Made by a program: the position numbers and the translations under genes. The notes below the pieces were generated by a model. The model made no database searches. It saw only the letters and a list, made by a program, of their open reading frames with translations, and was not told the origin of the DNA. Below are positions 10,576 through 24,037 of a DNA stretch of 64,000 nt, in pieces; the first letter of the stretch is position 1; every line of letters starts with the position of its first letter. Source of the stretch: Octopus bimaculoides. Its lineage: Eukaryota. The stretch spans positions 23,687,006-23,751,005 of the forward strand of contig NC_068993.1 of assembly GCF_001194135.2 (NCBI RefSeq), given 5' to 3'.

Positions 10576-12708
10576 TATCCTGATCCATATTCGGCCAGTA
10601 CACGTAGCTCCTCATCATTGCTTTCATTTTCGCGATTCTTGGATGTCCCATGTGGAAGTCTTTTAGCATACAATTTTGCAAAGAAACAGCTATTATTACA
10701 ACCATCTGGTTGTACATAAGTACGTCATCACATGTCGAATATCATTTTGAAACTGCGTTACGCTCGGCTATATGAGATTTCGTAATTTGTTTCTGAATTC
10801 ACTATTTTTTTTCATTTATGTTATAAGCACAACCTTCTCGGCATTAATTTTAATTTCCTCCAATATGACTGGTAGTTGGCGTACTACGTTGTAGAGTATA
10901 TTTTTTATTTCGATTTCCGCTTTTAATGCCGCTATTACTGTGTCTTCTAACGGTTCATTTTATTTAGGTATAAAAGTGCCATAATGAGAGATCCGATGTT
11001 AAAATTGTTTTAAATTTCTTCGAAAATTTATGGCACCTGTCCGACCAATACCATTTAACCTCTTTTTTCAATATGTTGTTTAGTGGTGTTCTTAGCTCAT
11101 GTATGTTCCCTATATATGTTTGATAATAGTTTGCGAGCCCTAAGAGTGCTTTTAACGTTGTAACATTTTTCGGGGGAGTCATAATTTGTATTGCAGTCGA
11201 TCTTGAAGGATCTGATCTGCAAACATCTTTATCGATAACTTACCCTAAATACTTTATTTCTAGCATGAAAAATTCGCATTTGACTCACTCCTTTGTTCCT
11301 TCAAATACCTTTTTGACATGTTCCTCATGCTGGCCACGAGACTCACTTTTTATGAGTAATGTCATCCAAGTAAGCTATAGCGAAATCCGTATCCCTTATG
11401 GGTGTTTATCGTTAATATTTTCGAACATTTCTCCTCGACTTGTATCTGTAAATACGCCTCCGACAAGTCCAACTCTGAAACAAATTTCTTCCATTGAATT
11501 TCGCAAAACTTTCCTCCGGACATGGTAATGGATAATTGTATGTCATCAGATATTCGTTATGCCTATTGAGAAATCAGCGCATACTCGTATTTTATTATTT
11601 TGTTTCTTTACATAAACAGTTGGTGATGCCCATTCTGAATAATCAATTTTTTCTATAACTCCAAGCCTTTCAAGTCTATCCAATTTCTCGTTGACTTGAT
11701 CCAACACCGTGAAAGTTACAGCTAGCTTCGGTTTAAATACCGCCACAGCGTTCTCTTCCACTTGAAATTTTACTTTTGTCTTGGTGCATCTACCTAATTC
11801 TTCAGAAAAAAAAAACATCAGGAAAAATCTTTTTTAACTTCTTTTTTAACTCCTCCCATGCCTTAGTTGAACTGGCGTAAGAACCGTTTACATTATTGCA
11901 AAGAATATTTATGGGAATGTCCTTTAACTTAAATAGTTCCATCCAGTCTGTGCAAAATAGGTTTGTCGTATTTTTGAATACAAAATCTTTGGTTTTCAAA
12001 GTTTTTCAACGAAATGATAACTCATTTATAATTTCGCCCCAAAATCGCGATTGTTTCCCTGTAATATCGCGTAATTTTCGAAGATTATTTCAACGTAGGC
12101 TTTTTTATTATTCTTCCTGCATCATTGTTAATTTTCTTGATATTACTACCTATGTCAAACTGTAGTCTCGTATTCACATTATTTATTTTTATGGAGATAA
12201 ATTTTCATTTTTGTGCCTCACTTTGCATTTGTGTTGACAATAAATTTTTCTCGAATTTCTTTATTTCGACCATAATGTGAATTCTTATGTCCGATTTTTC
12301 CACAGCCAAAGCATTTTATATTTTTATAAGGAGAATTTCTTTTAAAATGTATTTCTCCACACCCATACCATGTTTTGGTTCTTGACTGTTCTTTTTCTTT
12401 TTCTTTATCTGTTACAGGTCGACACATATATATTTGAATAATCTGTTTCAATTTTTTCTGCGTCCTGTTGTAAATATATAATCCTTTGGTATTCTTCAGC
12501 CACGGCCGGTAGAGTTAGTTTTGAATATTGTTCTAGTTTTGCCAATATCTTAGCCCGTTTCACTGCATCTTTTCTTGCAGTTAATCCTCGCACAAAGATT
12601 AGACATTCGAACATGTCCAGGATTAATTCATTTAGTTTAAAATTTTCATATTCACAGTTTATGATTTCGGCATACGTGACGAAATCCTCAGTTCCTTTTT
12701 TTTTTTTT

Positions 12709-13305
12709 TTAATTCAAGCACACCCAGCGAATATTAAATAGTGAACTTCTTTCACTGAATATTTTAGATAACAGGTTAATTGCTTTCTCGAAACAAATTT
12801 CGGATGGTTTTCTCGGCAGGATGTAATTACAATACTTTTCATGTTCTGCGGGTGATAATTTCTTCAAACGAAATCGTACATTCTTTCCTTCCGTCCAGAT
12901 TTTACATTCTTCTTTGAATGTTCCTTCATATCTTCTGAAGTATGCAGAAAACGTAATCCCTTCTCCTGAATTATAAGTAAATTCTTCAATTGAATTAGCA
13001 ATCCCGTCTGCCGAAAATGATCCTGAAATGTTTTTCGACTGCACCAATAATTTCAACAACTGTTGATTTTGCTGCTTTTGTTGTTGTAGTTGCTGTTGTA
13101 CCTGTTGTTGCTGTTTCTGTTGTTCTTGTTGCTGTTTCTGTTGTTCTTGTTGCTGTTGTAGTTGCAGTTGCAACTGTTGCTGCTGTTGCTGTTGTTCTTG
13201 GTGTTGTAGTTGCAGTTGCAACTGTTGCTGCTGTTGCTGTTGTTCTTGCTGTTGTTGTTTTAGTTGCCGTTGCAACTGTACCAGGGAAGCTAATAGGTCT
13301 TCCAT
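12709..13305 (-). pseudogene. Gypsy gag N-terminal ORF with long polyQ tract
   Basis: ATG at 13305 just downstream of the PBS (MEDLLASLVQLQ...), about 65 Q-rich residues, then a gag-like domain. The frame is lost at the T-run near 12700. Confidence 0.8.
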
Positions 13306-13347
13306 GCTAAGAACGTCCACAGTGAGTTTCGAATGTCTCGCCACCAC

Positions 13348-13591
13348 TCTTATATCATTGAGTTTCGATATAGACTGCACTGTAAAAACATTATAACATT
13401 ACAAAACCTAAATCAGTAACAGCGACCGTAACAAACTTATATCTCTTCCCAACGACTTCTACAACTGCCTTCATAGATGCGACTACACACACACTACACT
13501 GCACGTCGCACTGTCAGTACGCATGCGCCTTTATAAGGTTTAGGACAGTTCACTTGCCCTGCTACAAGATTGTTAGGATTTCCCCTTAACA
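13348..13591 (-). repeat. 5' LTR of the gypsy element
   Basis: Homologous to 9348-9546. Starts TGTTAA on minus and is followed by a PBS-like sequence. Confidence 0.85.
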
Positions 13592-14429
13592 TATACACAC
13601 TTACTCTCTCACACACACATATATACATATATTACTGAACATGTGCTTACATGTGTATAGGTATTTATGTTTGCTTTCGTTTGTGTGGTTCGATTTCTGT
13701 GTTAACATAATCTTAAGCGTAAAAATCGGAGAAAAGCTGCACGACGACCGATGTTTTTCATTTCTATTTCTTCGAAATTCCGTCACACAGATGCACCCAA
13801 CTCATGCTTGCCATCGATATACAAACATAGCTCTGGCTGTTACACTCGTTTCCGGTTACCAACTATATCAATTTTTACAAGCACGTTACACGAAAAAATG
13901 TCAAGAAATTTACTCACAGCCAGGTTTCTCTAATGCTTGTTTCTTGGACAAAAAAGTTTTCCGATTCCTTATCTGTTTGACTATTCTATTCGTTTTTTTT
14001 TATCCAATTATTTTAAAAGCATTGAATATATATTATCAGCTGACTGTATTCAGATAGTCACTTAATTTGCTGCAGCTGCTACTTAAATGTTGAAATGCCA
14101 GTTACCTTTAATAAATAATATGCTCAACCAAAATGGCTTTCTCTCTGTATTTCAACAGCAATAATGAGATAACGTAATACGTTCAGTCTTTTTTTGTTTT
14201 CTTCCCTAGCTGCACGGTATATTGTCCTTATTTTGTGTATCTCGTTATTTTTCTAAACTAATACACATTTTACAATGCAATTTTTCTTTGAAAAGGAAAA
14301 TTATTTTAACTATGTTGATATGAGCTATTGACAAAACGTTTCACGTTGAGCTACATATCTAATGCATTTCTGATTTACATTCTGGAATGGAAAAACATGT
14401 TTTATAAATCTTTACTGGTATTCTTAAGC

Positions 14430-14495
14430 TCTTCTTCTTCTTCTTCTTCTTCTTCTTCTTCTTCTTCTTCTTCTTCTTCTTCTTCTTCTTCTTCT
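14430..14495. repeat. (TTC)n microsatellite
   Basis: Directly visible. Confidence 0.97.
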
Positions 14496-15544
14496 TTAAA
14501 ATTTACCTTCAACCTTTTATTTATTGAAAGCTTAACTCGAAATTCTTGCTGAAGTTACTATTTAACTTTGTTAGATGCAATTTTGTACCTCTATGGGTCG
14601 AGACCTAGATAGAGTATTAAAATGTGGTTCGCTGAATGGAAGAATCATTGCCACTTTATGACAGAATCATTAATCATTGTTTTTCTTTAGCAGTAACCTT
14701 AATCTATTTTGAAAAGTAATCTTGCTATTCTTTTTCTTTCTCTTTTTATGACATATGCTGGCCTTCATAAATTTTGAGCATATTGTCCATTATTTTATTC
14801 TCAATGGTTCATTTCACTAAGACATTCTATCAAAGACGGAGGAAAATACTGAAACACATTTAACTCTCTTTATTTGTATTAGCAATCGTGAAGCAGGAGT
14901 TAGGATAGTTTCGTTTCAGAATATTGGTGAGCTGACTCAAAGTTGATAAAAGATAATGTTGTAGGATATAGAAATAAATACATGATAAGAAAATTATGTA
15001 TCTCCTTGTTATTTCAAATATTAAAACTTGTATGAACAAAAATAAATAATGCCTAAGAATGAGCAATTGAGTTAAGTACGTAATGAGATAATATTAAAAT
15101 TTTATATGCATCAAATGTAGCGTAATAGAAATCAGTAACTCTACCGAAACGCGTTTTTTCAAGTTTGCATAGATAAATCTAATCGAGCTGATAAAGTGTT
15201 TAAATTGTAAAGGATTTCAACAAAGAAATAATGCTTTGGTATTATTTTTATATATTTTGTCGCATCACTTCATTAATTGACAGATTAAAGAAAAAAATTA
15301 ACATTTAGCCCACATGTATTTTATGTTTCCTGCATAGCACCTTTCATGTCTAAGAGCATTTATAACTTGCCTGTTACTTCTTTCAATTTATTTGGCTTCT
15401 TGCGTCACATCTCCATTGTCTTTATCCAAAGAAAATATTATTCCGACAGAAAAAGAGTTGGCTAAAGGTATGGCAACTTAATATATCGAGTGTCACATAA
15501 TGCCTTGTTCTATCATGGCCACAGTCTAATATCTGAAATAATTA

Positions 15545-15800
15545 TATCAATGGTTTTCTCGGTGGTGGTAGTTGCAGGACATCAAGATCTTGCCTCATCT
15601 TCGAGACTCACCCTTCCCTCCTAAATTCAGCTGCCCACATTTGCACTGTTGACAAAGCTGTAGCGTCATTCCCTAACGTAGCAACCATGTCAGCATGAAT
15701 TTTATTGAGGGATAAATACTTTTGTTGCAAGTACTTAGTAACACAACGATGCCAAATTTTGTCAATTTTCTAGAGAGCTCACTATTAGTTGCATTTGAAG
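15545..15800 (-). mobile_element. mariner transposase N-terminal fragment
   Basis: Manual translation: DKIWHRCVTKYLQQK / IHADMVATLGNDATALSTVQMWAAEFRR / SLEDEARS*CPATTTTEKTID. Confidence 0.85.
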
Positions 15801-17561
15801 TTTTCATTGAAGTGTCAGACAATTTACCTGAATAGACACAACGCAGTTATTGATAAAAATAGTTGAAATTAATGCATAGGTCGAGCATCCCTTCTTCATA
15901 GTCAGCTGATGGACGCTTCAGCCCAACCAGCCACGCCAAATATTTTTTTTTAATATAGTCCTTATAGACTAAGTAGCGTGGAAACATTTGAGAAACATAA
16001 TAGTACGTTGATAACCAATGACATGAGCTTACTTAGAGGAACACAATATATTACCTAGAATGGATAATATGCATGTTTATTCTAAACACGTTTAGTGGGG
16101 TTCAGGCGCAAAATACGCTGGGCAGTGTAGTATATGGCTTGGGAGAATAACTTCTCACTTTTACAAGAGCAATGTGCTTAACACACTCGTCTCGTTGGTG
16201 CACAGTATTCTGGGAATGTTGTGGCAACATTTTGTGTCTCGTCAATCAGAAGCAGCCGGGAGTTTGATACTACCCAAAACCGTTGACTTTGGTTGTGCTT
16301 TAGACAAAAGTCATTGTTTGTTGCTCGATGCCAATTTTATAGGAATAGTTTTCAAACACTTCGATGTAGACTTTAGTAAAGAAAACATTTCGACTTACGA
16401 GGGTGGTCATATGATAATAGTCATTTGCACTGTGTATTGCGACATCTGGATTGAATACTTGCTTATTTATTCTTGACACCACTACACAGGTTCACATGCA
16501 AAATATGCTGGGCGTTGTTGCGTTATATCTTAAGGTAATAACTTTTCCCTTTTACGACAACGGTGTGTTGAACACACTTATCTATTTGACAAGTAATCAA
16601 TTTGCTGAAAGCATAAAGAAGAACCAGCGAATTTAGGCACTGCTAACAATGAACATAACGCTGTTGCAGATGAGGTGTTTTTCTTTTCATTTTTCATGTG
16701 CTGCATTTATTAATACTCTTTTTGCTGTTGGTTGTGCTGGTGCTATTGTTCGCTTCCATGCTGCTACATTTACTACTATAATTCACTGCTGTTTTGGGGA
16801 GGTTTGGTGTCAGATATAATGGAAGACTCGTCTCCTCTGCCTTTTGATGAGGACAGTAAACTCTGAAGTGACTTTCTAAATCATCGAATTGACATTTTCA
16901 ATTCTGTCCTCTATTGCAACACGCAGCTCCACTCCACTGAGCAGCTGACTAACGCCTGGAAGCCTTTCTACTTTATCAAGTTTGATCTGGAGGACAATTT
17001 CGCCAGTACTTCAAACCAAACGCTTCCTATCGATTAGTTTGGCGTTGAGAAGGCTGTCGTTGTAGTCCACACAGTCCAACAAAAACCAGATACACTACAT
17101 TTTCATCTGTTATATTTGACAAATAGTGAGGAGTACTTTATTAGCCTTCATTTCGAATACACTTCAAAATGATGTATCGATAGAATCATCTTAAAGAAAA
17201 CACTGAAGTTTAGCATTTTGTCATGCATCAGGGAAAAGCATTTCAGTTTTATTTATGTAAATACAAAAGAGTAACGTCAGTGTGAACTTCACACATGCAC
17301 CATGACTATAAATCACAAGATTAGCATGCAACAGAGTTGTAACGTCCCCTAAAGTTGGTGTCGTTTCAAACATAATAGTGGCTGTGTTACCTATAATAAG
17401 CATGTGATTATGTATAATACCTGTGGGTTTTTTATGGTACCAGAGTACATACGGGTTCCATGAGAATTAAAAAAATTGTCTTTCGAAAACTTTAGGTCAT
17501 GATTTGTAGAAATAAACAGTGAAGTGGGTGTGCTGCAAGATATTTCAAGAAGATTTTCTCC

Positions 17562-17590
17562 ATCTCTCTCTCTGTCTCTGTCTCTGTCTC

Positions 17591-17660
<70 letters not shown>

Positions 17661-17690
17661 CTTCTCTCTCTCTCACTATCTCTCTCTCTC
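17562..17690. repeat. (CT)n microsatellite
   Basis: Directly visible. Confidence 0.95.
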
Positions 17691-18193
17691 TCTTATCATG
17701 TTTGCTTATAGGAAGCATACAGAAAAATCTAGGCCTGCCTATGAGAATACTACATCTTTGCATATAATAATATAATAATAATACAATTATCTATATATGC
17801 GAGACAGTATCTTTTCGACATAATTCCGCAATCTGCAATTCACCGGCTCTGCACGAGTGCTTGCAGTATAGTTTCGTCGTTCTGCACGCATCTCGGGCAG
17901 TTCACTGCATATAGAATTTATCTCGATCCGGCATTCCACTTCAGTAGCAATACCTAGTCAGAGATATTTTAAGTTTACCGTAGGTAATTTCCGTCCTGAA
18001 ACTCCTAGGTAACAGGCCAAATAGTCCGTCCTTGTTGTTACTCAGAGTTGCCCCGAGGAGGCCATCGCTCTTGCACAAAACCACAAATCTATATACTACT
18101 GACGTAGAACTTCCGTCGACTACATTGCCCAATTAATAGGGGCCAGAAGAGGTCTGACAAAATTGCAGGCGTCAAACGTCAAATAATAATAAT

Positions 18194-20649
18194 TAAGACA
18201 TGGGCCCACCACACAGTAATGCGAAGGGCACAGGCCCAACTTATGGGTAGTAAGAGCTCTGCAGGCTTGGCTGATAATCTTACTAGAGATGGTGTCTCGA
18301 TAAAAATATCGGTTGAAGGCTAACCTTAAAACACAAACCTCATTGCTGAGTGAAAATGTCTAATACAAATGTATCAAACAACGATGTTAATGAGGCTGGA
18401 ACCAAAGGTGAAAGCCTTTCGCCTGGTAGGTGCCCTGTCGTTTGGCAGCGCAGGCCCGATTGATATCCAGAGACTGCTTGTAGACAAAGCCAGAGGCAGA
18501 GAATAAGGTGGGATAAGGAGGTAAACCGAATGATGATTCAATGCTGGATCAGGATTGAACCCAGTAGAAAGGTATTCCGACAACGAACGAAAGGAAATTG
18601 AGATAGCGCCCAGTAGAACCGTTACTAAATGTTTGTCTCCTTGCCACGGCCAGAATAGTCAGGGAAGTATTAGATAGTTGGAAAGACTGGATAGCCTGGT
18701 ACCGTAGGCTGCAGATAAGATGAATGATTTTCCCGGGAGACTCACTGTCAGGCCTGATTTTCTGTCTTTCTTTGATCCCGCTAACAAATGTGTTAAAGGA
18801 AACCACCATGGGCTGTTGATGCTACGGACAAATATAAAGTATTTTCTGTACATGGACAACCGAAAACTTTTCGCTAAAGGCACCATGGAACAGAGATACT
18901 TTACTAAAATTGTTCAGCGTTTCAGCAATGACATCGGAACGAGCATGGGTCTGCACAAATGTGCCGGTATCACACTGAGAAGAGGCAAATTATTCAACAC
19001 TGAAAACACTTCACTCAATATAGACATAGAAAGTAGAGAATTAGACCACAACAACCCATACAAATATCTAGGAATAGAAGAAACACCTAAAATACAACAC
19101 ACAGACATGCAAAGGAAATTTAGGATAGACAATTACAGATTACAGAAGAGTTACACTAATATCAAACACTGAATTTAATGCTAAAAGTAAGATGATAGAT
19201 AAACACCCTAGCCATACCAGTCATGAATTACAGCTTTAACATAATAAACTGGAAGCTCAGTGAATTGAGAAACCTAGATAGGAAAACCAGAAAACAACTA
19301 ACATCGTGCCGACGACACCACCCCAAAGCAGACGCAGGAAGAATATATATATATACTCTGCTGAGAAGGGGGTCGTGACCTGATAAAGATAGAAAACTAC
19401 TATAAAATAACAACAGTTGGACTAACAAAGAACCTTGAAACAAAGAGTGGAAGACTACTGCATTTAGTAAAACAGTATGAGAACAAGAATACAAAATACA
19501 AAATAGCAGTAAACTACATTGATACACTCACCTCAGATGACAACATAGCAGAAATGGTCAGAGAGACAAAAAACATGGAAACTGAATTAGAAAAGATACT
19601 GAAGAAGAAATGGAGAGAAAATCCCTTCTTGGCCAATACCCTGCAAGGCTTGACAGAGAAGAAGTGAGCCTATATATAAGCCAACAATGGCCTCAAAAGC
19701 TCTGGACTAAAAACCGAAATGGAAGGACCGATTCTCGCTGCATAATACCAATGCCTGACTACAGAATATGCAGAATGTGCAACCAGCCCAATGAGACAGT
19801 TGACAACATCATTTCGGGTTGCCCAGTCCTTGCCAAGTCTGAATATGTATACAGGCATAAGAAAGTAAGCAGTTATATCAACCGGACCACATGCCAACAT
19901 TATAACATCAATACTGACAGCAGGTGGTATAAGCATGCTCCAAGCAAGGTGCAAGAAAATATGTAGGCCACAATCATCTAGGATATGGTGGTTCAAACCG
20001 ACAAACAAATAAAAGCTAATTACTCAGACATAATAGTCGAGGATTGAGGAACAAAACACCTGCTTACCGACAGACATTGCAGTCTCTTCTGATCAAAATG
20101 TTGTCAAAAAGAAGTGGAGAAATTTTCGAAGTACAAATACCTCGAAATTGAAGTATTCTAAACGTGAAGCATTAAGGTAAAAAAACAATACCAATAATAA
20201 CTGGAGCATTGGGCATGATAAACAATCATATAAACAAAAGTGTAGAAACTATACCTAGATACTCAGCACTACACACTGTCATAAAAAAATAGCCCTGCTA
20301 GGAACCGCCCACATCCTACGCAAGAGACTATCAATCGAATAATGCAACCGAAACAAAACAACTAACTGCACACACTCTATACAGTAGTTACCCAGTGAAA
20401 TACATTCCCACCAGCAAGCGAGAAAGCCAAAGCATTACACACTCAATACTCAATGCATGCAGTAACACAAAAAAAGATAGCATGATACCTCGAGGAAAAA
20501 TAAAACTAACACAATACAGAACTGGGAAGAGTTCGCACACTGCCAAAAAAGAACACACAATACTGCACACACTCCAGCAAAACAGAGGTGTAGTAAGTGA
20601 TGCAGTAGAAATTTGCCTCAATCTAGCAAATATTGAACAGTTATATACT
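18194..20649 (+). mobile_element. R4/Dong-type RLE non-LTR retrotransposon, internally deleted, with (AAT)n at both ends
   Basis: N-terminus MSNTNVS..GESLSPG..HPETA..RIRWDKEVNRMMIQCWIRIEP (from about 18355). RT FLYMDNRKLFAKG..SNDIG..KCA..YKYLGI. CCHC finger CRMCNQPNETVDNIISGCPVLAKSEY..RH. RLE fragments ending LLGTAHILRKRLSIE*. Short (AAT)4 at 18182-18193 and a long array from 20650. Confidence 0.88.
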
Positions 20650-20674
20650 AATAATAATAATAATAATAATAATA

Positions 20675-20754
<80 letters not shown>

Positions 20755-20895
20755 NNNNNNNNNNNNNNNNNNNNNNNNNNNNNNNNNNNNNNNNNNNNNN
20801 NNNNNNNNNNNNNNNNNNNNNNNNNNNNNNNNNNNNNNNNNNNNNNNNNNNNNNNNNNNNNNNNNNNNNNNNNNNNNNNNNNNNNNNNNNNNNNN

Positions 20896-20959
<64 letters not shown>
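20650..20959. repeat. (AAT)n-(GAT)n-gap-(GAT)n-(AAT)n
   Basis: Directly visible. Confidence 0.95.
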
Positions 20960-20960
<1 letters not shown>

Positions 20961-21164
20961 GTTTCTATCAGGATTAAAACTATTGGAGCGGCTGTCAGGC
21001 TAGAAGTGAACCAGAAGACAGCATTGTTGAACACAGCTCTCATTCTAAGGAGGATATTGTCTCTTTGAGTCACAGGAGAAGGCATTATTTGCAACCTTTG
21101 GTGACTTGTTATCGCCTGCTTTCGAGTAGAGAACGACCGGCAATAAAGAACTAGCCGTGTGTCT

Positions 21165-21166
<2 letters not shown>
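20960..21166 (+). mobile_element. 5'-truncated R4/Dong-type 3' end (same family as 58142-58470)
   Basis: Encodes TIGAAVRLEVNQKTALLNTALILRRILSL*. The 3' UTR TTGTCTCTTTGAG(T/C)CACAGGAGAAGGCA..GCCTGCTTTC is shared with 58370-58440. Confidence 0.82.
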
Positions 21167-21261
<95 letters not shown>

Positions 21262-21311
21262 TGATAATAATAATAATGATAATAATAATAATAACAACAC
21301 TAATAATAATA
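21167..21311. repeat. (CAT)n-(AAT)n microsatellite
   Basis: Directly visible. Confidence 0.95.
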
Positions 21312-21559
21312 AGGATTCAGCTCTTCGCTGAATAACATGGACGTTATACACCGGGCTCTGAATACAAAAGCAAATCTAATGTAATAACATCGGTGGAATG
21401 GGAAAAAGGAAACTGTGGAAGAGTTGAAGCAAGCGGCCTTTTAACGAAAATAATCATAAGAAACGAATTTTTACTGCCATACAAAGAACAGTATCTCCCA
21501 TGCACGGTGTCTCAATAAAACATGTACGAAAGACACGTGTGAAATCCACTCTAGAAATA

Positions 21560-23530
21560 TAGTTTAGTAATATAATACCCCAGCGTTGCAACCTATTAGC
21601 AGTATGGGTGGGGATTCCTTTCTTCGACTTGTAAAAATAAATGATTTTTTTATGGCAAAAATAATCACTAGAGCCTTTTTGTCAATTTGGCTGTAATTTC
21701 TTTTTCTGTAGGTAATAGCGAACGTGAGGCATGCACCACGGCCTTTCATGTTACCGTCTATATATTTATGTATCATTACTGCTCCGCTCCGATACTACAC
21801 TCACAAACATCTGAAGCTACTACGATCTCCGCTGCAGGATCGAGATGTTCTAAAGACACATAAGATATTAATATCTTTTTTATTGTGTCGAAAGTCCTCT
21901 GACAATTTTAAGACCAATTCCAATTTATTTCTTTTTAAATAGATTATTTAGTGGAACTTTTATCTTGTACATATTTGGCATATGAACTTGATAATAATTT
22001 GCAAGTCCAAAAAGCTTGTAAGATAGATATATTTGTCGGAGGCGGTATATGTTTAATCCCATCTGCCGTCGACGGACCTGGTCGAGAACTATTTTTATAA
22101 ATGATTTGTCATAGATATTTAATTTTAGGTAAGAAAATTTCACGTTTCTCCTCACTCACATCGATCATGTAAAATACATTTTACATGCTGATCACGGTAA
22201 ATACTTTTAATTCCTATATCATCTACATAGGGCATGGCCAAGTCACACTCTGCAACCATCATATCCATCGCTTTTTGGAATATAGCTGAAATAATTGTTA
22301 TGCCAAACGGAAGCAGGTTAAATTTGTACAGGCATGTATGGATATTAATTGTTAGAAGTTTGCTACATTTATCTCGTGTTTGTATTTGCAAGCAAGCGTT
22401 AGAAAGACCTAATTTCGAGAACAAGTTAGCACTATTTAGTTTCGAGACTTCCTCTTGGCTAGGTAATGGGTAGCTATACTGTCTTAAAAGTTCGTGTAGT
22501 CCCATTGAGAAATCTGCACAAACACGAATTTCATTGTTCTTCTTTTTAACATACACTGAGGAGTCGATGTTTTCAAGCACTCTCATTTTTCTAGTCTGTC
22601 TAATTCCTTATTCACTTGTTCCGGTGCTGCAAACAATACATTACGTTTGGGTATGAAAACTGCTAATAAATTTTCTTTTACGTGAAATTTGGCTTTAAAT
22701 TTATTGCACCGATCCAACTCGTCCGAAAATACACCAGGAAACAACATTTACACACTTTTTAAAAATATTTCTGACTTACATTTTTACAAAAAATATTTAT
22801 GTGTAAATCCCACAAGTCGAACAGTTCCATCCAGCTAGTTGTTAAAACAGATTACTTGTATTTTTTAATACATAAGCTTTCACTTTTATAATCTTACAGC
22901 GAAATAAAGTTACAAATAATTTCGCCTTTAAAAATTGATCTAGTTCCTGAGACCCCATGTGCAATCTTCAATGTTTTTTGCACTGTAGGTTTCCCGATTT
23001 TTTCCCCGTTTTCATTAATTAATGTCATTACGTGTATCTACGTGTAACTTTATATTTGTATTGTTAAATTTTACATACACAAAATTCCTTTGTATTTCTT
23101 GTCACTGATAAACTGTTTACATGATTTTTTATGTTGAACCGCTTTCTAGGTTTTGTTTTACAGTGTGATTTTTTATGGCTTATCTTACCACACTTGAAGC
23201 ATTTTAGATTTTTATAAGGTCAGGTTGAATTAGCAGCGTAATTCCCCATATCCAAAACATGGGCTAATTTTCTGCATTCATTAATTACTTTCGGTCGCAC
23301 CGATTGTATATGTGAGCAGTTTCGTACATCACTTTGTTCCATATCGTGTTGTTTATTATTTTCTGACATTGCTCAGATATTTCATGTACTGTTAGATTCT
23401 GATTCTACTCTAATTTAGTCAGAAATTGGTTACGAATTTCCGCGCCTTTCTTTGCCGTTAAACCTTGAATGAAAATTAGGTATTTAAACATGTCTAGTGT
23501 TACTTCATTAATTTCAAATTTCTCGCATTC
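21560..23530 (-). mobile_element. Second gypsy remnant (gag, zinc knuckle, RT, RNase H); no LTRs seen
   Basis: CFKCGKISHKKSHC (about 23160-23210); SSVYVKKKNNEIRVCADFS..LPFG..AIFQKAMD..PYVDDI (22152-22586); RNYSQIDKKALVIIFAIKK (21564-21776). Confidence 0.88.
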
Positions 23531-23536
23531 CTTATT

Positions 23537-24035
23537 TTATTTCATACGATTCCAGCGTAATAAAATCTTCATCCTCGTCAGGGTTTTCTTAGTACAAGGT
23601 ATGATGTCTAGGCTATAATACACCATCGAGGCGTTATATGCATTTGCTACTTTTATCCGGCCTTTCAGAGGCAGCTTTCTTTCTGCCCATTTCTGGGCGA
23701 GTTTGGTCACCTTAGTCATGACACTTTCCAGTTCCTATCTACCTGGAAATCTGGTCCGAACCAGACTCTGAGCGATTTTACCGTACACTCCGACTAGCAA
23801 CAGATATCGCTGTTAGTCCACATGGATTTGCCCCTCCAAGACCCTAGTTGCTAACATACTCTTCGTTCTGGTTTATGAGTGCCTCTGTTCATTTGTGATA
23901 TTTTTTCTGTATAGTGTCGATTCTTTCTATGTCCGAAGAGTCCGACACCATGATAGTGACATTGTCCGTGTATGCAATCACAGCTCCCCTGTGATCTAGT
24001 TCCAATGGAATACTCCCCCATCTCCTGCCTTCGCA
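23537..24035 (-). mobile_element. L1/Tx1-clade LINE RT fragment
   Basis: VIAYTDNVTIMVSD (decayed YADD motif) near 23960, and KWAERKLPLKGRIKVANAYNASMVYY (23537-23719). Confidence 0.78.
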
Positions 24036-24037
24036 GT

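Larger units (their letters stand above)
9348..13591 (-). mobile_element. Ty3/gypsy LTR retrotransposon with both LTRs, decayed
   Basis: Order on minus: gag (polyQ, EEFTY..EGITFSAYFRRYE), zinc knuckles (CFGCGKIGH), RT (SEWASPTVYVKK..KIRVCADFS), integrase (WSRLHIDFAG..DSYMKWPE..LVSDNGTQF..HPKSNGLSERF). Flanked by direct repeats beginning TGT, with a PBS-like TGGTGGCGAG at 13337-13346. Confidence 0.93.

Noticed and set aside
13017-13310. Val/Ala-rich + strand ORF resembling a membrane or antifreeze-like protein
   Set aside because: It is the antisense reading of the gag polyQ repeats.
18194-18270. Possible HDV-like ribozyme at the LINE 5' end (GGGCC...GGCCC pairing)
   Set aside because: A P1-like helix is present, but I could not build P1.1/P2/P3 or the catalytic C junction.
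20395-21205. PolyN/D/M/H/Y ORFs, and similar polyL/F/I ORFs at 58454-58749 and 60265-60598
   Set aside because: These are trinucleotide microsatellite translations.
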